Assembly (NCBI GenBank): GCA_019308905.1
Contig: JAFDHF010000007.1
Location: 6,533-70,532, forward strand
Direction of reading: 5' to 3'
DNA length: 64,000 nucleotides
From: Deltaproteobacteria bacterium
GTDB taxonomy: Bacteria; Desulfobacterota; BSN033; WVXP01
The notes below the pieces were generated by a model, which saw only the letters and a list, made by a program, of their open reading frames with translations, made no database searches and had not been told where the DNA came from. The stretch's first letter is position 1; each line of letters starts with the position of its first letter. Made by a program: the position numbers and the translations under genes. Below, in pieces: positions 35,428 to 45,759 of this stretch.

Positions 35428-36720
35428 ATGTTCTACCCCTCTGTGACCGACCGCTTCGTGGAGATTCACCCCAAGATACGGCAGAGGTTTCCTCAGCTGG
35501 AACAGGACCTCTACGGGAATAGAAGAACCTACCTCAACAGCGGGGGCGGAACACTCATGGTCGATTCCGCGGTCCATGCCCTCGCCCAAACAGCCGGCTC
35601 AGCCAACCCCCAGCCCGGTGATGTCGACCCGGCCGAGATAGCCACGGATCAACTCCAGTGGCGAGTCCGGCAACTCGTCGCCGATTTCATCAACGCGAGC
35701 AGACCCGAGGAGATCAGTTTTCACTTCTCAACCACCCATGCCCTGTTCAATCTGGCCTATTCCCTTCGGGCCATTCTCAATAGTGAGAACAACCTCGTCG
35801 TCACCGACCTCGATCACATGGCCAACATATCCCCCTGGGAGGATGTCTGGGGAGAAGAGAGGGGATGTGAGATCCGGCGGGCGAGAGTCGACGGCGAAGG
35901 CCGCCTCGATGTGGACAGCTTGCTCTCCCTGGTCGACGGAAAGACCGGACTCGTCGCCCTTGCCATGGCCTCGAACGGGCTCGGCTCGGTGGTTCCACTG
36001 AGGGACGTTATCCCTCTTATCCGAGAAAAGTCGCCCACTTGTCTCATCTGTGTAGATGCCGTGCACCACGCCTTGCACGGGCCCGTCGACGTTCGAGAGA
36101 TGGACTGTGACTTTCTGGCCTTTTCGGGCTACAAGGTGTTCGGGCCCATGCTCGGCGTGCTCTGGGGGAGGGCGACTCTTCTCGATAGACTCGCCCCGTA
36201 CAGGGTCGAGACCGGCACGGATCGATCCCCTTACAAATTTGAACAGGGTACGCTTAACAGCGCCCTTCTGGCTTCTCTCGAAGGGGCACTCGGATATCTG
36301 CTTTGGCTGGGCGACGAGCTCGCGGTGGATGCCGGGAGTGAGAACCTCTCGAGGAAGGAGCGATTCAGCTCTGTGATGAAGGCGGTTACAGAGTACGAGG
36401 GCAAGCTCTCGCAGGTGGTCTTGGAAGGTTTTGAGGCGCTCGATGCAGAGAGGTTCCGGTGTTACGGGGTGACCGATCCACAAAGGGTTCTTGAGAGAGA
36501 CCCTACCTTCTCATTCGAGATAGAAGGGACAAGCCCGGAGCAGATCAAGAGATACCTGTGGGAAGAATACGGCTTTCAGATAGCCGACAGGAATCACTAT
36601 TCTGCTGCCGTATACAGACACCTAGGCCGCGACAGTATATGCCGCGCGAGTTTTGCTCACTATGACACCCTCCAGACCGCAAGATCCCTTGTCGAGGCCC
36701 TGGAAGGGCTTCTGGGCTAA
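35428..36720 (+). CDS. Class-V aminotransferase-fold PLP enzyme (cysteine desulfurase / selenocysteine lyase-like)
   Basis: VDAVHH and the PLP-lysine context FSGYKVFGP. 430 aa. Confidence 0.8.
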   Translation: MFYPSVTDRFVEIHPKIRQRFPQLEQDLYGNRRTYLNSGGGTLMVDSAVHALAQTAGSANPQPGDVDPAEIATDQLQWRVRQLVADFINASRPEEISFHFSTTHALFNLAYSLRAILNSENNLVVTDLDHMANISPWEDVWGEERGCEIRRARVDGEGRLDVDSLLSLVDGKTGLVALAMASNGLGSVVPLRDVIPLIREKSPTCLICVDAVHHALHGPVDVREMDCDFLAFSGYKVFGPMLGVLWGRATLLDRLAPYRVETGTDRSPYKFEQGTLNSALLASLEGALGYLLWLGDELAVDAGSENLSRKERFSSVMKAVTEYEGKLSQVVLEGFEALDAERFRCYGVTDPQRVLERDPTFSFEIEGTSPEQIKRYLWEEYGFQIADRNHYSAAVYRHLGRDSICRASFAHYDTLQTARSLVEALEGLLG

Positions 36721-36791
36721 GATAACCCCTTTTGACTGCCGATACCGACCACGTGACGGGGAATCCGGGGCGGCCGGGACCGATCTCCCGG

Positions 36792-37061
36792 TCACGCCTG
36801 TTTTTCGGCCTTGTTATCTCCACCTGGAGCCCCTGCCGGCTTTTCCGGATGTTTTTCCTTCGATTCGGCCTTCCGCCTGGTTTCCGAGGGGTAGTCGTTC
36901 ACGTAGAATCCGGCTCCCTTGAGAATGAAGTTTGAGGGTGACAGGATTCTCTTTACCCTGCCATGACAACTCGGGCAATCGGCTTTGTAGTCTTCATGGA
37001 TTCCATGGAGGACTTCGAAGATTTTTCCGCACACCACACACTGATACTCGTAGACCGGCAT
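36792..37061 (-). CDS. FmdB-family zinc-ribbon protein
   Basis: MPVYEYQCVVCG ... CPSCHG (two CxxC pairs) with a charged tail. AAGGGGAG RBS. Confidence 0.85.
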   Translation of the reverse strand: MPVYEYQCVVCGKIFEVLHGIHEDYKADCPSCHGRVKRILSPSNFILKGAGFYVNDYPSETRRKAESKEKHPEKPAGAPGGDNKAEKQA

Positions 37062-37088
37062 CTTTCTCCCCTTAGCTGTCCTGCCCCA

Positions 37089-37943
37089 TCAGGCCGTTGC
37101 CGCCTGAAGGCCGTATTCCAACTCGTTCCTCAGCTTCTTCAGAGCCTCGTTTTCGATCTGTCGAATCCTCTCGCGGGAGAGATTAAGGGAATCCCCGATC
37201 TCTTGGAGGGTCGCCGGATGATGAGACATGATTCTCTTTTCTATCACGTACTTTTCCTTGGAACTAAGACACCGGAGGGCTCGGCGGACTTGTCCTTTCC
37301 GTTCTCTCTCCTCCTCCATCTGGCCGACAAGCTCCTCTTGATTCGGCCTCTCGTCGGCAAGGAGATCCAGGTGGGTGACTTGAGAATCCTCATCCACAGC
37401 CGAATCCAGCGAGAAATCCCTGAGACTCATCCGTTGTTCCATCTCGACTATGTCGTGGTCTTTCACATCCAGAGCCTCTGCGAGAGCGTGGATATTCTTT
37501 TCGTCCCCTTTCGACGAGCCGAGGAGCCTCTTGGTCTTTCCGAGACTGTAGAAGAGCTTCTTCTGGGTCTGAGTGGTACCTATTTTGACCAGACTCCAAG
37601 TCTTGATAATGAAATTCTGGATATATGCGCGGATCCACCAGATCGCGTAGGAGATCAACCGGTACCCCCGCCTGGGATCGAACTTCTTAACCGCCATCAT
37701 GAGTCCGATGTTGCCTTCCTGGATGAGGTCGAGAAGCTTCACGCCGTATGATCTATACTCCAAAGCCACCTTCACCACGAATCGGAGATTGGAGGTAATC
37801 AACCTGTGGGCAGCCTCGATGTCGCCCTTCTCCCTGAACCGTGTGGCCAGCTCGAACTCCTCATCCGCACTGAGCAATGGGAACTGGTTGATCTGTGTCA
37901 GATAGAGCTCCAGGGAGCTTGTGGTAACAGGCAGATTGTGCAT
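37089..37943 (-). CDS. rpoH: RNA polymerase sigma-32 factor RpoH
   Basis: Sigma70 regions 2-4 with an RpoH-box-like segment (TTQTQKKLFYSLGKTKR). ATG at 37943 after GGAGGAG. Confidence 0.88.
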   Translation of the reverse strand: MHNLPVTTSSLELYLTQINQFPLLSADEEFELATRFREKGDIEAAHRLITSNLRFVVKVALEYRSYGVKLLDLIQEGNIGLMMAVKKFDPRRGYRLISYAIWWIRAYIQNFIIKTWSLVKIGTTQTQKKLFYSLGKTKRLLGSSKGDEKNIHALAEALDVKDHDIVEMEQRMSLRDFSLDSAVDEDSQVTHLDLLADERPNQEELVGQMEEERERKGQVRRALRCLSSKEKYVIEKRIMSHHPATLQEIGDSLNLSRERIRQIENEALKKLRNELEYGLQAATA

Positions 37944-37990
37944 GGCTTTTCCGTCTCCTCCAGGCATCGGGATAGATGAGACCCAAAAGA

Positions 37991-38017
37991 TTAGCACTCA
38001 GTTAATATGAGTGCTAA
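37991..38017. promoter_or_regulatory. CIRCE element (HrcA operator) TTAGCACTC-N9-GAGTGCTAA
   Basis: Perfect match to the CIRCE consensus. Lies 48 nt upstream of the rpoH ATG and directly abuts the -10 box. Confidence 0.9.
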
Positions 38018-38021
38018 TAAT

Positions 38022-38050
38022 AGTATAGCAGTCTATTGCATCTCTTTCAA
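38022..38050 (-). promoter_or_regulatory. Sigma70-type promoter of rpoH
   Basis: On the minus strand: TTGAAA (38050-38045), 17 nt spacer, TATACT (38027-38022). Confidence 0.65.
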
Positions 38051-38278
38051 GGTAGAATTTGCGATTTGTCGGAATGCCCCAATCATCCTCTCAAGGTCTC
38101 CGGTGGGTGCCTTGAGAGGAGATTGCATCTTGGTTACGACCGCACAGCCCGGGGATGTCGGGGGGCGGCGAAGGGCTTGACAGGCGGGGAGTCAGGAATT
38201 AACCTTTTGTGTATGGAACTGGCATAATTTTTGATACATTGTGAAGACAAAAACCGGCATTCTCAAAAGGAGAGGGCG

Positions 38279-39088
38279 ATGAACAAGGGGATTCGATTTT
38301 TCTCGGTGCTGATCTTTCTTTTGGTGATAACGGCTCTTCCCGGTTACGGCCAGGAGACGAAAGAAGACGTCTACGTGATCAAGAAAGGGGACACCCTCTG
38401 GGACGTGTCGGGCAAGTATCTGGGCAGTCCGTATCAGTGGCCTGAGCTGTGGGAGAGGAATCAGTACATTACGAATCCCCATCTTATCTATCCGGGCAAT
38501 CCCCTGCGCCTTCACGGGGAACCGGCAGAGATCCGAACGGGGGCGAGAAAAGGCGCCGAAACGGTGGGTGAGGCGGCAGGCGGGACGGCGACAGAAGCGC
38601 AGAGCGTCTCAAAGCCCGAGGGTCCGGCAGAGATTGTGGAACAACCAAAGGAATCCGAGGAGGCTGTTGCGGTAGAGGAGAAAGGGGAGGTTTCACCTTC
38701 CATGGAGGTGACAGAGACCGGTCCTGTGGGTGAAACAGAAGTGGCCCAGGTTCTCCGCAAGGGGAATGTGGAGTACCTGGTTCTTGAGGAGGAGTCCCTG
38801 GGGACCATCGTTGATGCAAGGTATGAGAAGAAGCTTCTTGCACAGGGAGATTTTGTCTATTTGGCTCTAAAGGAGCGCCCCGCACGGGTGGGAGAGAGGT
38901 TTCTCATCTTCAGAACCAAGAAGATGCTCAAGAACCCTTACAGCAAGAAGACAACAAAGAAGATCTACGTGGTGGGTGCACTGAGGGTCACAGCCGTCAA
39001 GGGGGTCCTTTATCAGGCTGAGATCACCGATTCGATGGATGCAGTCCTGAGGGGGGACGAGGTGATGACATACAGGGCCCTCGAGTGA
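38279..39088 (+). CDS. Secreted LysM domain-containing protein
   Basis: Signal peptide followed by a LysM motif (YVIKKGDTLWDVSGKYLGSPYQWPELWERN...NPHLIYPGNPLRL). AAAGGAGAGGG RBS before the ATG at 38279. Confidence 0.85.
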   Translation: MNKGIRFFSVLIFLLVITALPGYGQETKEDVYVIKKGDTLWDVSGKYLGSPYQWPELWERNQYITNPHLIYPGNPLRLHGEPAEIRTGARKGAETVGEAAGGTATEAQSVSKPEGPAEIVEQPKESEEAVAVEEKGEVSPSMEVTETGPVGETEVAQVLRKGNVEYLVLEEESLGTIVDARYEKKLLAQGDFVYLALKERPARVGERFLIFRTKKMLKNPYSKKTTKKIYVVGALRVTAVKGVLYQAEITDSMDAVLRGDEVMTYRALE

Positions 39089-39110
39089 GATCAGTTTCGC
39101 TTCGTCTAGC

Positions 39111-39150
39111 AAGGCCTTCCTCAGCAACGGAGGGCCTTTCTGTTTTGTCT
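39111..39150 (+). terminator. Rho-independent terminator after the LysM gene
   Basis: 10-bp stem AAGGCCTTCC/GGAGGGCCTT (one G-U pair), 8-nt loop, then TCTGTTTTGTCT. Confidence 0.65.
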
Positions 39151-39497
39151 GTGGAAAAGGTAGTACCTCAAGGGGTCGGGCTCAGGTGAATATGGCGATG
39201 GATCCGGTCTCCTTTTTCCCGGCGGCCGATCTGTTTGTCTCCCCTCTGTTTCAAGACCGGGGCGGTCTACTCCTTGGATCGGTGTTTCGAGGCCTCTGCC
39301 GGACGGTTTTCGGCCAGCAGATGGAAAGATATGTGTCACACTGAGCACCCGGTCGGCTCTTGTCTTTATCCCACCCATGAGATATTTTTTGGTTTCGCCC
39401 TAAGGTCTTGCCTCTGGATTTCCATCCGGGACTCTCACCTGTGCCGACTCGGAGAATCACTTTCGGTTGATAGTCTCCGGGTGAACGAGCCGTCCAG

Positions 39498-39526
39498 TTG
39501 AAAAGGACGCCCGTATAGAATAGGAT
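39498..39526 (+). promoter_or_regulatory. Candidate sigma70 promoter for dprA-topA-trmFO
   Basis: TTGAAA (39498-39503), 17 nt spacer, TAGGAT (39521-39526). Confidence 0.4.
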
Positions 39527-39542
39527 AGATGAGCTACGGGGG

Positions 39543-40646
39543 ATGGCCGTGGAGGACAACCGCTACTGGATCGCCTTGAATCTTGTGCCCGGCATAGGGA
39601 GCGTCTCTTACAGGAATCTCATCGGGGTTTTTCATGGTCCCAGGCAGGTCTTCAAGGCTTCTCCAAAGGGGCTGGGGAAGGTCGAGGGGATAGGTCCCAA
39701 GCTTGCGGAGGCGATCCTGAGCTTTCCCCTGGAAAAGCGATTGAGAGATGAACTGAGACTCATGGACAGATACGGTGTGTCTGCCGTGACGTACCGGGAA
39801 CCAGGGTACCCGAGGATTCTCCTTGAGATCTTCGATCCTCCGCCGGTCCTCTATGTTCGGGGAAGTCTCGAGGCGGCGGGGTCTACGGCAGTCGCGATTG
39901 TAGGGTCGCGGAGGGCCACCGCCCAAGGCAGGGCCTTTACCGAGCAGCTCGCACGGGACTTGGCCGCCCAAGGGGTCACGGTGGTGAGCGGTATGGCAAG
40001 GGGTATCGATTCTGCTGCTCACCGGGGAGCACTGCTCGGCGGGGGGAAGACCCTGGCGGTCCTCGGATGCGGGGTGGATGTGGTCTACCCGGCCGAGAAC
40101 AGGGGGCTCATGAGGGAGATCGTGGAGCGCGGGGGAGTGATCTCGGAATTTCCGATGGGGACCGGACCCCTGCCCGGCAACTTTCCCCGTCGTAATCGGA
40201 TCATCAGCGGTCTGGTGGCAGGAGTGGTCGTTGTGGAAGCGAACTTCAGGAGCGGATCCTTGATTACGGCCGACTACGCCCTGGAACAGGGAAGGGAGGT
40301 TTTTGCCGTTCCGGGAAGCGTTCGACTTCCCCATAGCCGGGGGACCCACCGGCTCATCAAGCAAGGGGCTAAGCTGGTGGAGAGGGCCGAGGACGTTCTC
40401 GAAGAGATCCTTCCTCGGTGGCAGCACCGGGATAGGAAAGAGGGGAATGAGGAGATCGGGCCCGTAAGTACATTGACCGATGAGGAGCGATTCGTGTACG
40501 GCCTTTTGGGAGACGAGCCGCTTCATATCGACCACTTAGTCATCCGGACCGGGTGGCAGGCGAACCGGGTCTCACGGGTCCTGCTGGATCTCGAGTTGAC
40601 CGGTCTGATCAGCCAACTGCCTGGCAAGCGGTTTGTACGGGTTTAG
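39543..40646 (+). CDS. dprA: DNA-processing protein DprA (Smf)
   Basis: Motifs VVSGMARGIDSAAHRGAL and GSLITA..ALEQGREVFAVPG. Confidence 0.92.
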   Translation: MAVEDNRYWIALNLVPGIGSVSYRNLIGVFHGPRQVFKASPKGLGKVEGIGPKLAEAILSFPLEKRLRDELRLMDRYGVSAVTYREPGYPRILLEIFDPPPVLYVRGSLEAAGSTAVAIVGSRRATAQGRAFTEQLARDLAAQGVTVVSGMARGIDSAAHRGALLGGGKTLAVLGCGVDVVYPAENRGLMREIVERGGVISEFPMGTGPLPGNFPRRNRIISGLVAGVVVVEANFRSGSLITADYALEQGREVFAVPGSVRLPHSRGTHRLIKQGAKLVERAEDVLEEILPRWQHRDRKEGNEEIGPVSTLTDEERFVYGLLGDEPLHIDHLVIRTGWQANRVSRVLLDLELTGLISQLPGKRFVRV

Positions 40647-40684
40647 GCGAAGACCGGCTCAAACCCGATTGGTGAGGAGCGTTC

Positions 40685-42922
40685 ATGTCCAAATCTCTCG
40701 TCGTTGTGGAATCCCCTACAAAGGCCAGGACACTGAGCAAGTTTCTCGGGCATGACTTTGTCGTGAAGGCCACGGTCGGGCATGTCAAGGATTTGCCGGA
40801 GAACGATTTGGGTATCGATGTGGAGCACGGCTTTAGGCCCAGGTATGGGGTGATCCATGGCAAGAACAAGATCATTCAGGAGCTGAGGAGAGCCAGCCGG
40901 GGAGCTTCCAGAGTCTACCTGGCTCCGGATCCGGACAGGGAGGGAGAGGCTATTGCCTGGCACATAAAGGAGGAACTCAACGGGGATAGCCGTCGCTTCT
41001 ACCGGGTCTTAATCAATGAGATCACAAAGCGGGGGGTTCTCGAAGCGATCCGGAACGCCGGAGAACTCCGGCGCGGTCTGTATGAGGCCCAGCAGGCTCG
41101 GAGGGTTTTGGACCGTCTGGTGGGATACAAGATCAGCCCGCTGCTATGGCAGGAGATCAGGAGGGGGTTGAGTGCAGGCCGCGTGCAGTCCGTGGCCGTG
41201 CGTCTCATCTGTGACCGGGAGAGGGAGATCTGGGCTTTCACACCCGAGGAATACTGGACGATCGAAGCCCTACTCAAGAGCCGAGCCCATCCCGAGCCTT
41301 TCAAGGCGAAACTGTCGAGGTTTGGGGGTGAGAAGCCGAAGATCTCCAATAAAAAAGAAGCGGAGGAGATCGTTGCGGCTTTGGAAGGAGCCGGATTCAC
41401 GGTGAAGAGGGTAGAGGAGAAGGAGAGCCTTCGAAATCCTCCGCCCCCTTTTATTACCAGCAAGCTCCAGCAGGAGGCTTCCCGGAGGCTCCGGTTCTCG
41501 CCCAAGAAGACCATGCGGATAGCCCAGGACCTTTACGAGGGGATCGAGCTCGGCGACGAGGGGCCTGTAGGACTGATAACCTATATGCGTACAGACTCTC
41601 CCCGGGTGTCGAATGAGGCGCTGGAGGCGGTGCGCCGCTTGATTGCCGACCAGTACGGGGATGCCTATCTGCCGGCAAGGCCCCGTGTCTACAAGAGCAA
41701 GAAGGGGGCCCAGGAGGCCCACGAGGCGATCCGTCCGACCGACCTCCGGTACGAACCGAAAAAGGTGAGCCCCTACCTGACCAGTGACCAGGAGAGGCTC
41801 TATCGGCTCATCTGGAACCGCTTTGTCGCCAGTCAGATGAGTCCGGCCGTGTTCCAACGCAGGGTGGTTGACATCGAGGCCGGTGAGGCGATCTTCAGCG
41901 TGACCGGGTCTACCATGAAGTTCCCGGGTTTCATGGCTGTTCAGGGGACGGAAGAGCTGTCAGGAGAAGAGAAGGTCCATGTTCCGCCCCTCACCGAGGG
42001 CGAGGTTCTGGAACTCTTGCCTCCCCTTGAGCGGGAACAGCACTTCACCCAACCGCCGCCGCGGTTTTCCGAAAGCACTCTCGTCAAGGAACTCGAGGAC
42101 AAAGGGATCGGGCGGCCCTCAACCTATGCCACCATTCTTACGACCATCCAGGAGAGGGGCTATGTTCGCCTCGATCAGGGGAAATTCCGTCCTACGGAGC
42201 TTGGTCTTCTGGTGAACGATCTCCTTGTCAGGAGTTTTCCGGGCATCCTCAGTGTGGAATTCACGGCCAGGATGGAGGATGTACTGGATGCGATCGAGGA
42301 AGAGAAAATCGAGTGGGCCAAGGCCATGGAGGATTTCTACGGCAGGTTCAGCAGGAGCCTGAAAAGAGCCGAGAGTCTCATCCCGCAGTTGAAGAAGGAG
42401 GTGACTGCCACTCCCCTTGTATGTGATCAGTGCGGGAGCCCCATGGTGATCCGGTGGGGCCGGAAGGGTTTTTTCCTGGCCTGTGCCGCATATCCCAAGT
42501 GCCGGAACAGCTACGACTTCGAGCGGAATGAACGGGGTGAGGTGGTGGTCCGGCAGGCCGAGGAGGGGAGCCACGGTACTTGCCCGACCTGCGGGAGTCC
42601 CATGCTCCTCAAGCGGGGTCCCTTCGGAGAGTTCTACGCGTGTTCGAGATATCCCCAGTGTAAGACGACGAGACCGAAACATCTCGATATTCCATGTCCC
42701 CGGGAGGGGTGTGACGGCTTCATCATCGAGAGGAGGTCCCGCAAGGGGAAGAGATTCTATGGATGCACCCGCTGGCCTCAATGTGATTTTGTCATCTGGG
42801 ACCCCCCGGTGGGCCGGCCCTGCCCCCAGTGTGGGGCTCCCTTCATGACCGAGAAACGTACCCGGAAGGGGAATGTCATCCTTTGCAAAAAATGCGGGTA
42901 CAAGGCAGAAGGGGATTCATGA
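40685..42922 (+). CDS. topA: DNA topoisomerase I with C-terminal zinc-ribbon repeats
   Basis: TOPRIM N-terminus [13 protein letters not shown], active-site region YMRTDS, and four Cys4 ribbons at the C-terminus. Confidence 0.95.
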   Translation: MSKSLVVVESPTKARTLSKFLGHDFVVKATVGHVKDLPENDLGIDVEHGFRPRYGVIHGKNKIIQELRRASRGASRVYLAPDPDREGEAIAWHIKEELNGDSRRFYRVLINEITKRGVLEAIRNAGELRRGLYEAQQARRVLDRLVGYKISPLLWQEIRRGLSAGRVQSVAVRLICDREREIWAFTPEEYWTIEALLKSRAHPEPFKAKLSRFGGEKPKISNKKEAEEIVAALEGAGFTVKRVEEKESLRNPPPPFITSKLQQEASRRLRFSPKKTMRIAQDLYEGIELGDEGPVGLITYMRTDSPRVSNEALEAVRRLIADQYGDAYLPARPRVYKSKKGAQEAHEAIRPTDLRYEPKKVSPYLTSDQERLYRLIWNRFVASQMSPAVFQRRVVDIEAGEAIFSVTGSTMKFPGFMAVQGTEELSGEEKVHVPPLTEGEVLELLPPLEREQHFTQPPPRFSESTLVKELEDKGIGRPSTYATILTTIQERGYVRLDQGKFRPTELGLLVNDLLVRSFPGILSVEFTARMEDVLDAIEEEKIEWAKAMEDFYGRFSRSLKRAESLIPQLKKEVTATPLVCDQCGSPMVIRWGRKGFFLACAAYPKCRNSYDFERNERGEVVVRQAEEGSHGTCPTCGSPMLLKRGPFGEFYACSRYPQCKTTRPKHLDIPCPREGCDGFIIERRSRKGKRFYGCTRWPQCDFVIWDPPVGRPCPQCGAPFMTEKRTRKGNVILCKKCGYKAEGDS

Positions 42923-44265
42923 CCCCAAGTGGGAGGTTCTATTTGGCAGGAGAGGAAAGGCTTCTGATCATAGGAGGAGGGCTCGCCGGATGTGAGGCTG
43001 CATGGCAGGCTTCTCGGCGGGGGATTAGGACGGTATTGTACGAGATGAAGCCCCACAGGTTTTCACCGGCTCACAAGTCGCCTCTCCTTTCAGAGTTGGT
43101 CTGCAGTAACTCCCTGAAGTCCGAATCCCTGGATAAGGCGGTGGGGCTCCTCAAGGAGGAGATGCGGAGGCTTGGATCCCTCATCATCCGAGCGGCGGAC
43201 CAGACTCGAGTGCCCGCGGGTGTATCTCTGGCAGTCGATAGGGAGGAATTCTCACGGTTTGTGACGGAGAGCCTCGAGAGAGAGGGGCAGGTTGAGATCA
43301 TCCGCCGGGAGATTACGGAAATGCCGGCCGGAGGTGCCGTTATTGTCGCCACAGGGCCGCTGACCTCGGAGCCTTTTGGCCGGAGCCTCTCAGAGATGAC
43401 CGGACGAAAGGCACTCTATTTCTACGATGCGGTCTCTCCTATCGTGCTCGGTGACTCCATTGATTTCGCCGTCGCTTTCAAAGCGTCCCGGTACGGTCGG
43501 GGAGGGGACGATTATGTCAACTGCCCCATGACCCGGCAGCAGTACTACGATTTCGTGGATGCCCTGGTTCGGGCGGAAAGGGTTCCGCTGAGGGAGTTTG
43601 AAAAGGAGGCGTACTTCGAGGGATGCATGCCCGTTGAAGAGCTGGCCCGCCGCGGGCGGGAGACCCTGGCCTTTGGATCGCTCAAGCCGGTGGGTCTCGT
43701 CGATCCGAGGACAGGAGAGAGACCCTTTGCCGTGGTTCAGCTGAGACAGGATAATCGAGAAGGCACCCTTTACAGTATGGTCGGATTCCAGACCAAGCTC
43801 AAATGGGAGGAGCAGAAGCGCGTTTTTCGCATGATTCCGGGCCTTCAAGACGCGGAGTTTGTCCGGCTTGGAAGCGTCCATCGAAACACCTTCGTTAACT
43901 CCCCTCTGCTCCTCAGGGAGAGTCTTCAGCTCAAGGGTCATCCCCGGATATTCCTGGCCGGCCAGATTACCGGGGTTGAAGGGTACGTGGAATCTGCTGC
44001 CATGGGACTTCTGGCTGGGATCAGTGCTTCTTTGTGGATGAAAGGGGAGCCCATGGTCACTCCTTCACCCGCCACGGCCATAGGATCTCTGCTGCGATAC
44101 GTAACTCATGCGAATCCTGCCACGTTTCAGCCCATGAACGCCAATTTCGGGCTGTTCCCCCCGCTGGAAACGGGGGAGAAAGGGAGGCAGAGGCGGAGGC
44201 TGCTGGCCTTGAGAGGGCTCGAAGAGATCGACCGGTGGAAGGCCTCGGTTGACAGACACCCGTAG
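42919..44265 (+). CDS. trmFO: Methylenetetrahydrofolate--tRNA-(uracil54-C5)-methyltransferase TrmFO (Gid)
   Basis: Motifs [24 protein letters not shown] and [12 protein letters not shown]. Its ATG overlaps the topA TGA (ATGA). Confidence 0.92.
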   Translation: MTPSGRFYLAGEERLLIIGGGLAGCEAAWQASRRGIRTVLYEMKPHRFSPAHKSPLLSELVCSNSLKSESLDKAVGLLKEEMRRLGSLIIRAADQTRVPAGVSLAVDREEFSRFVTESLEREGQVEIIRREITEMPAGGAVIVATGPLTSEPFGRSLSEMTGRKALYFYDAVSPIVLGDSIDFAVAFKASRYGRGGDDYVNCPMTRQQYYDFVDALVRAERVPLREFEKEAYFEGCMPVEELARRGRETLAFGSLKPVGLVDPRTGERPFAVVQLRQDNREGTLYSMVGFQTKLKWEEQKRVFRMIPGLQDAEFVRLGSVHRNTFVNSPLLLRESLQLKGHPRIFLAGQITGVEGYVESAAMGLLAGISASLWMKGEPMVTPSPATAIGSLLRYVTHANPATFQPMNANFGLFPPLETGEKGRQRRRLLALRGLEEIDRWKASVDRHP

Positions 44266-44331
44266 CCGGGTGCCCGTTGAGGAAGTGCGGGAAGGGGAGC
44301 CCCGTGGAATCCTCTGCGATTGCCGTGAGAT

Positions 44332-44583
44332 ATGGGAGATAGGGGAAAGGGAAAGGAAGGGGCCGTGGAAGGACAGAGCTGCTTCAAATGCGGGCGGTAC
44401 CTGCCGCCTGGAAGCCTCAAGTACGTGGTCCAGATAAAGGTCTATGCCGATTTTGATGGGTTCCTTTCTGTCGCCGATGAGGACCTGGACGGGGAGATGG
44501 ATCGGATCCTCCAAGAGATCGAGTGGGCCAATCCCGAGGATCTGGAACGAGAGGTGTACGAGGAGATGGGATTTCTCCTCTGA
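44332..44583 (+). CDS. Small acidic CxxC protein. The conservative call ends at the in-frame TGA at 44581; a possible Sec-recoded form extends to 44661 (see findings).
   Basis: 83 aa with CFKCG followed by an acidic helical region. The frame stays open for 25 more codons after the TGA and begins there with KGC. Confidence 0.5.
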   Translation: MGDRGKGKEGAVEGQSCFKCGRYLPPGSLKYVVQIKVYADFDGFLSVADEDLDGEMDRILQEIEWANPEDLEREVYEEMGFLL

Positions 44584-44657
44584 AAGGGATGCCGTGACAG
44601 GTTTGTCCGTGAGACAAACGAGAGAAGGATCCCGAACGGGAAGGGGATGATGATCCA

Positions 44658-45329
44658 ATGACCCCTTCGGACCTCGCCGGCGGAGCCTGCAAGACCAACA
44701 GGAAAAGATTCGCCGAGCCTCCTGCGGTCCGGATTCCTTCCGTGGCTGAGTGTGGCCGGATCATGAAGAGTAGCGGAATGATGCCCAATATCAGGCGTCA
44801 TTCCTTTCTGGTCGCCAGGGTGGCCAAGGCCCTTGCGGAGGCCTTGAATGAGAAAGGGGCCTGTCTCAGTATTCCCCTGGTTGTTGCAGGAGCCCTGCTT
44901 CACGATATTGCCAAGACCCGTTCCCTTCGCGAGGGGGGGGACCATGTTGAGATGGGCCGAAGAATGGTCCTGGAAATGGGCTATCCAGAAGTGGCATGGA
45001 TCGTGGGACACCACGTCGATTCGGGTCCGGAAATCGCCGGTTCCATCGACGAGGCAAGGGTCGTCAACTACAGTGACAAGCGGGTTCAACACGACAGGGT
45101 CGTTCCCTTGGAGGACAGGCTTGCCGATCTCATGGTCAGGTACGGTAAGACCCCCGAGAAAAGAGCCCGCCTGGAGGAGATGGCAAGAAACATTAAGAGC
45201 CTCGAGAGGGAGATATTCTCGAGGATCCGCCTCTCTCCGGGAGACCTGGAATCGATGATTCGGAACTCACGGCCTCTTTTTCTTGACCGGGTAAAGGGGC
45301 CTCCTGCAAGAAGAAGAAGAGGGAGGTGA
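44658..45329 (+). CDS. HD/HDIG-domain phosphohydrolase
   Basis: Motifs HSFLVARVA, LLHDIAK and GHHVD. Confidence 0.82.
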   Translation: MTPSDLAGGACKTNRKRFAEPPAVRIPSVAECGRIMKSSGMMPNIRRHSFLVARVAKALAEALNEKGACLSIPLVVAGALLHDIAKTRSLREGGDHVEMGRRMVLEMGYPEVAWIVGHHVDSGPEIAGSIDEARVVNYSDKRVQHDRVVPLEDRLADLMVRYGKTPEKRARLEEMARNIKSLEREIFSRIRLSPGDLESMIRNSRPLFLDRVKGPPARRRRGR

Positions 45330-45386
45330 CCACGGGAAAGGGGCAGGAAGGGTGGAGGGGGATTTTCGGGCCTGTACGGGGAGCCT

Positions 45387-45677
45387 ATGGAGGAGCAGGA
45401 AGCAGTTGATCTTCTCAATCAGTGCCATTCATTTCCCGGTCTCTACGTTTTCAAGGTGATCGGTGAGAACACGTCTCTCTTCTATGAGGGCGTTCTGGAG
45501 GAGATCCGCCGGGAGCTTGGGCAGGAGGTGGAGGAGGGGCGCTGCCTCTCCGTACGGGAGAGCTCAGGGCGGAGGTATCTCTCCATGACCCTGAGGCTGG
45601 AGATGGAGTCTGCAGAGCAGGTCCTGAGGCTCTACGGTCGGTTTTCCAAACTGGAGGGTCTCAAGACCGTCTTATGA
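45387..45677 (+). CDS. DUF493/YbeD-family small protein
   Basis: 96 aa with FPGLYVFKVIG and a ferredoxin-like repeat pattern typical of YbeD. Confidence 0.7.
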   Translation: MEEQEAVDLLNQCHSFPGLYVFKVIGENTSLFYEGVLEEIRRELGQEVEEGRCLSVRESSGRRYLSMTLRLEMESAEQVLRLYGRFSKLEGLKTVL

Positions 45678-45759
45678 GTCCTTGGCAGGCGGTTATCTCC
45701 GACCGAAAGGAGGATTCCGTGGACACTGGAAACCCATCGATTCTCCTGTTCCTTTCATA

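Noticed and set aside
39534-40535. 333-aa minus-strand ORF
   Set aside because: It is antisense to dprA, which has clear GMARGIDSAAH motifs.
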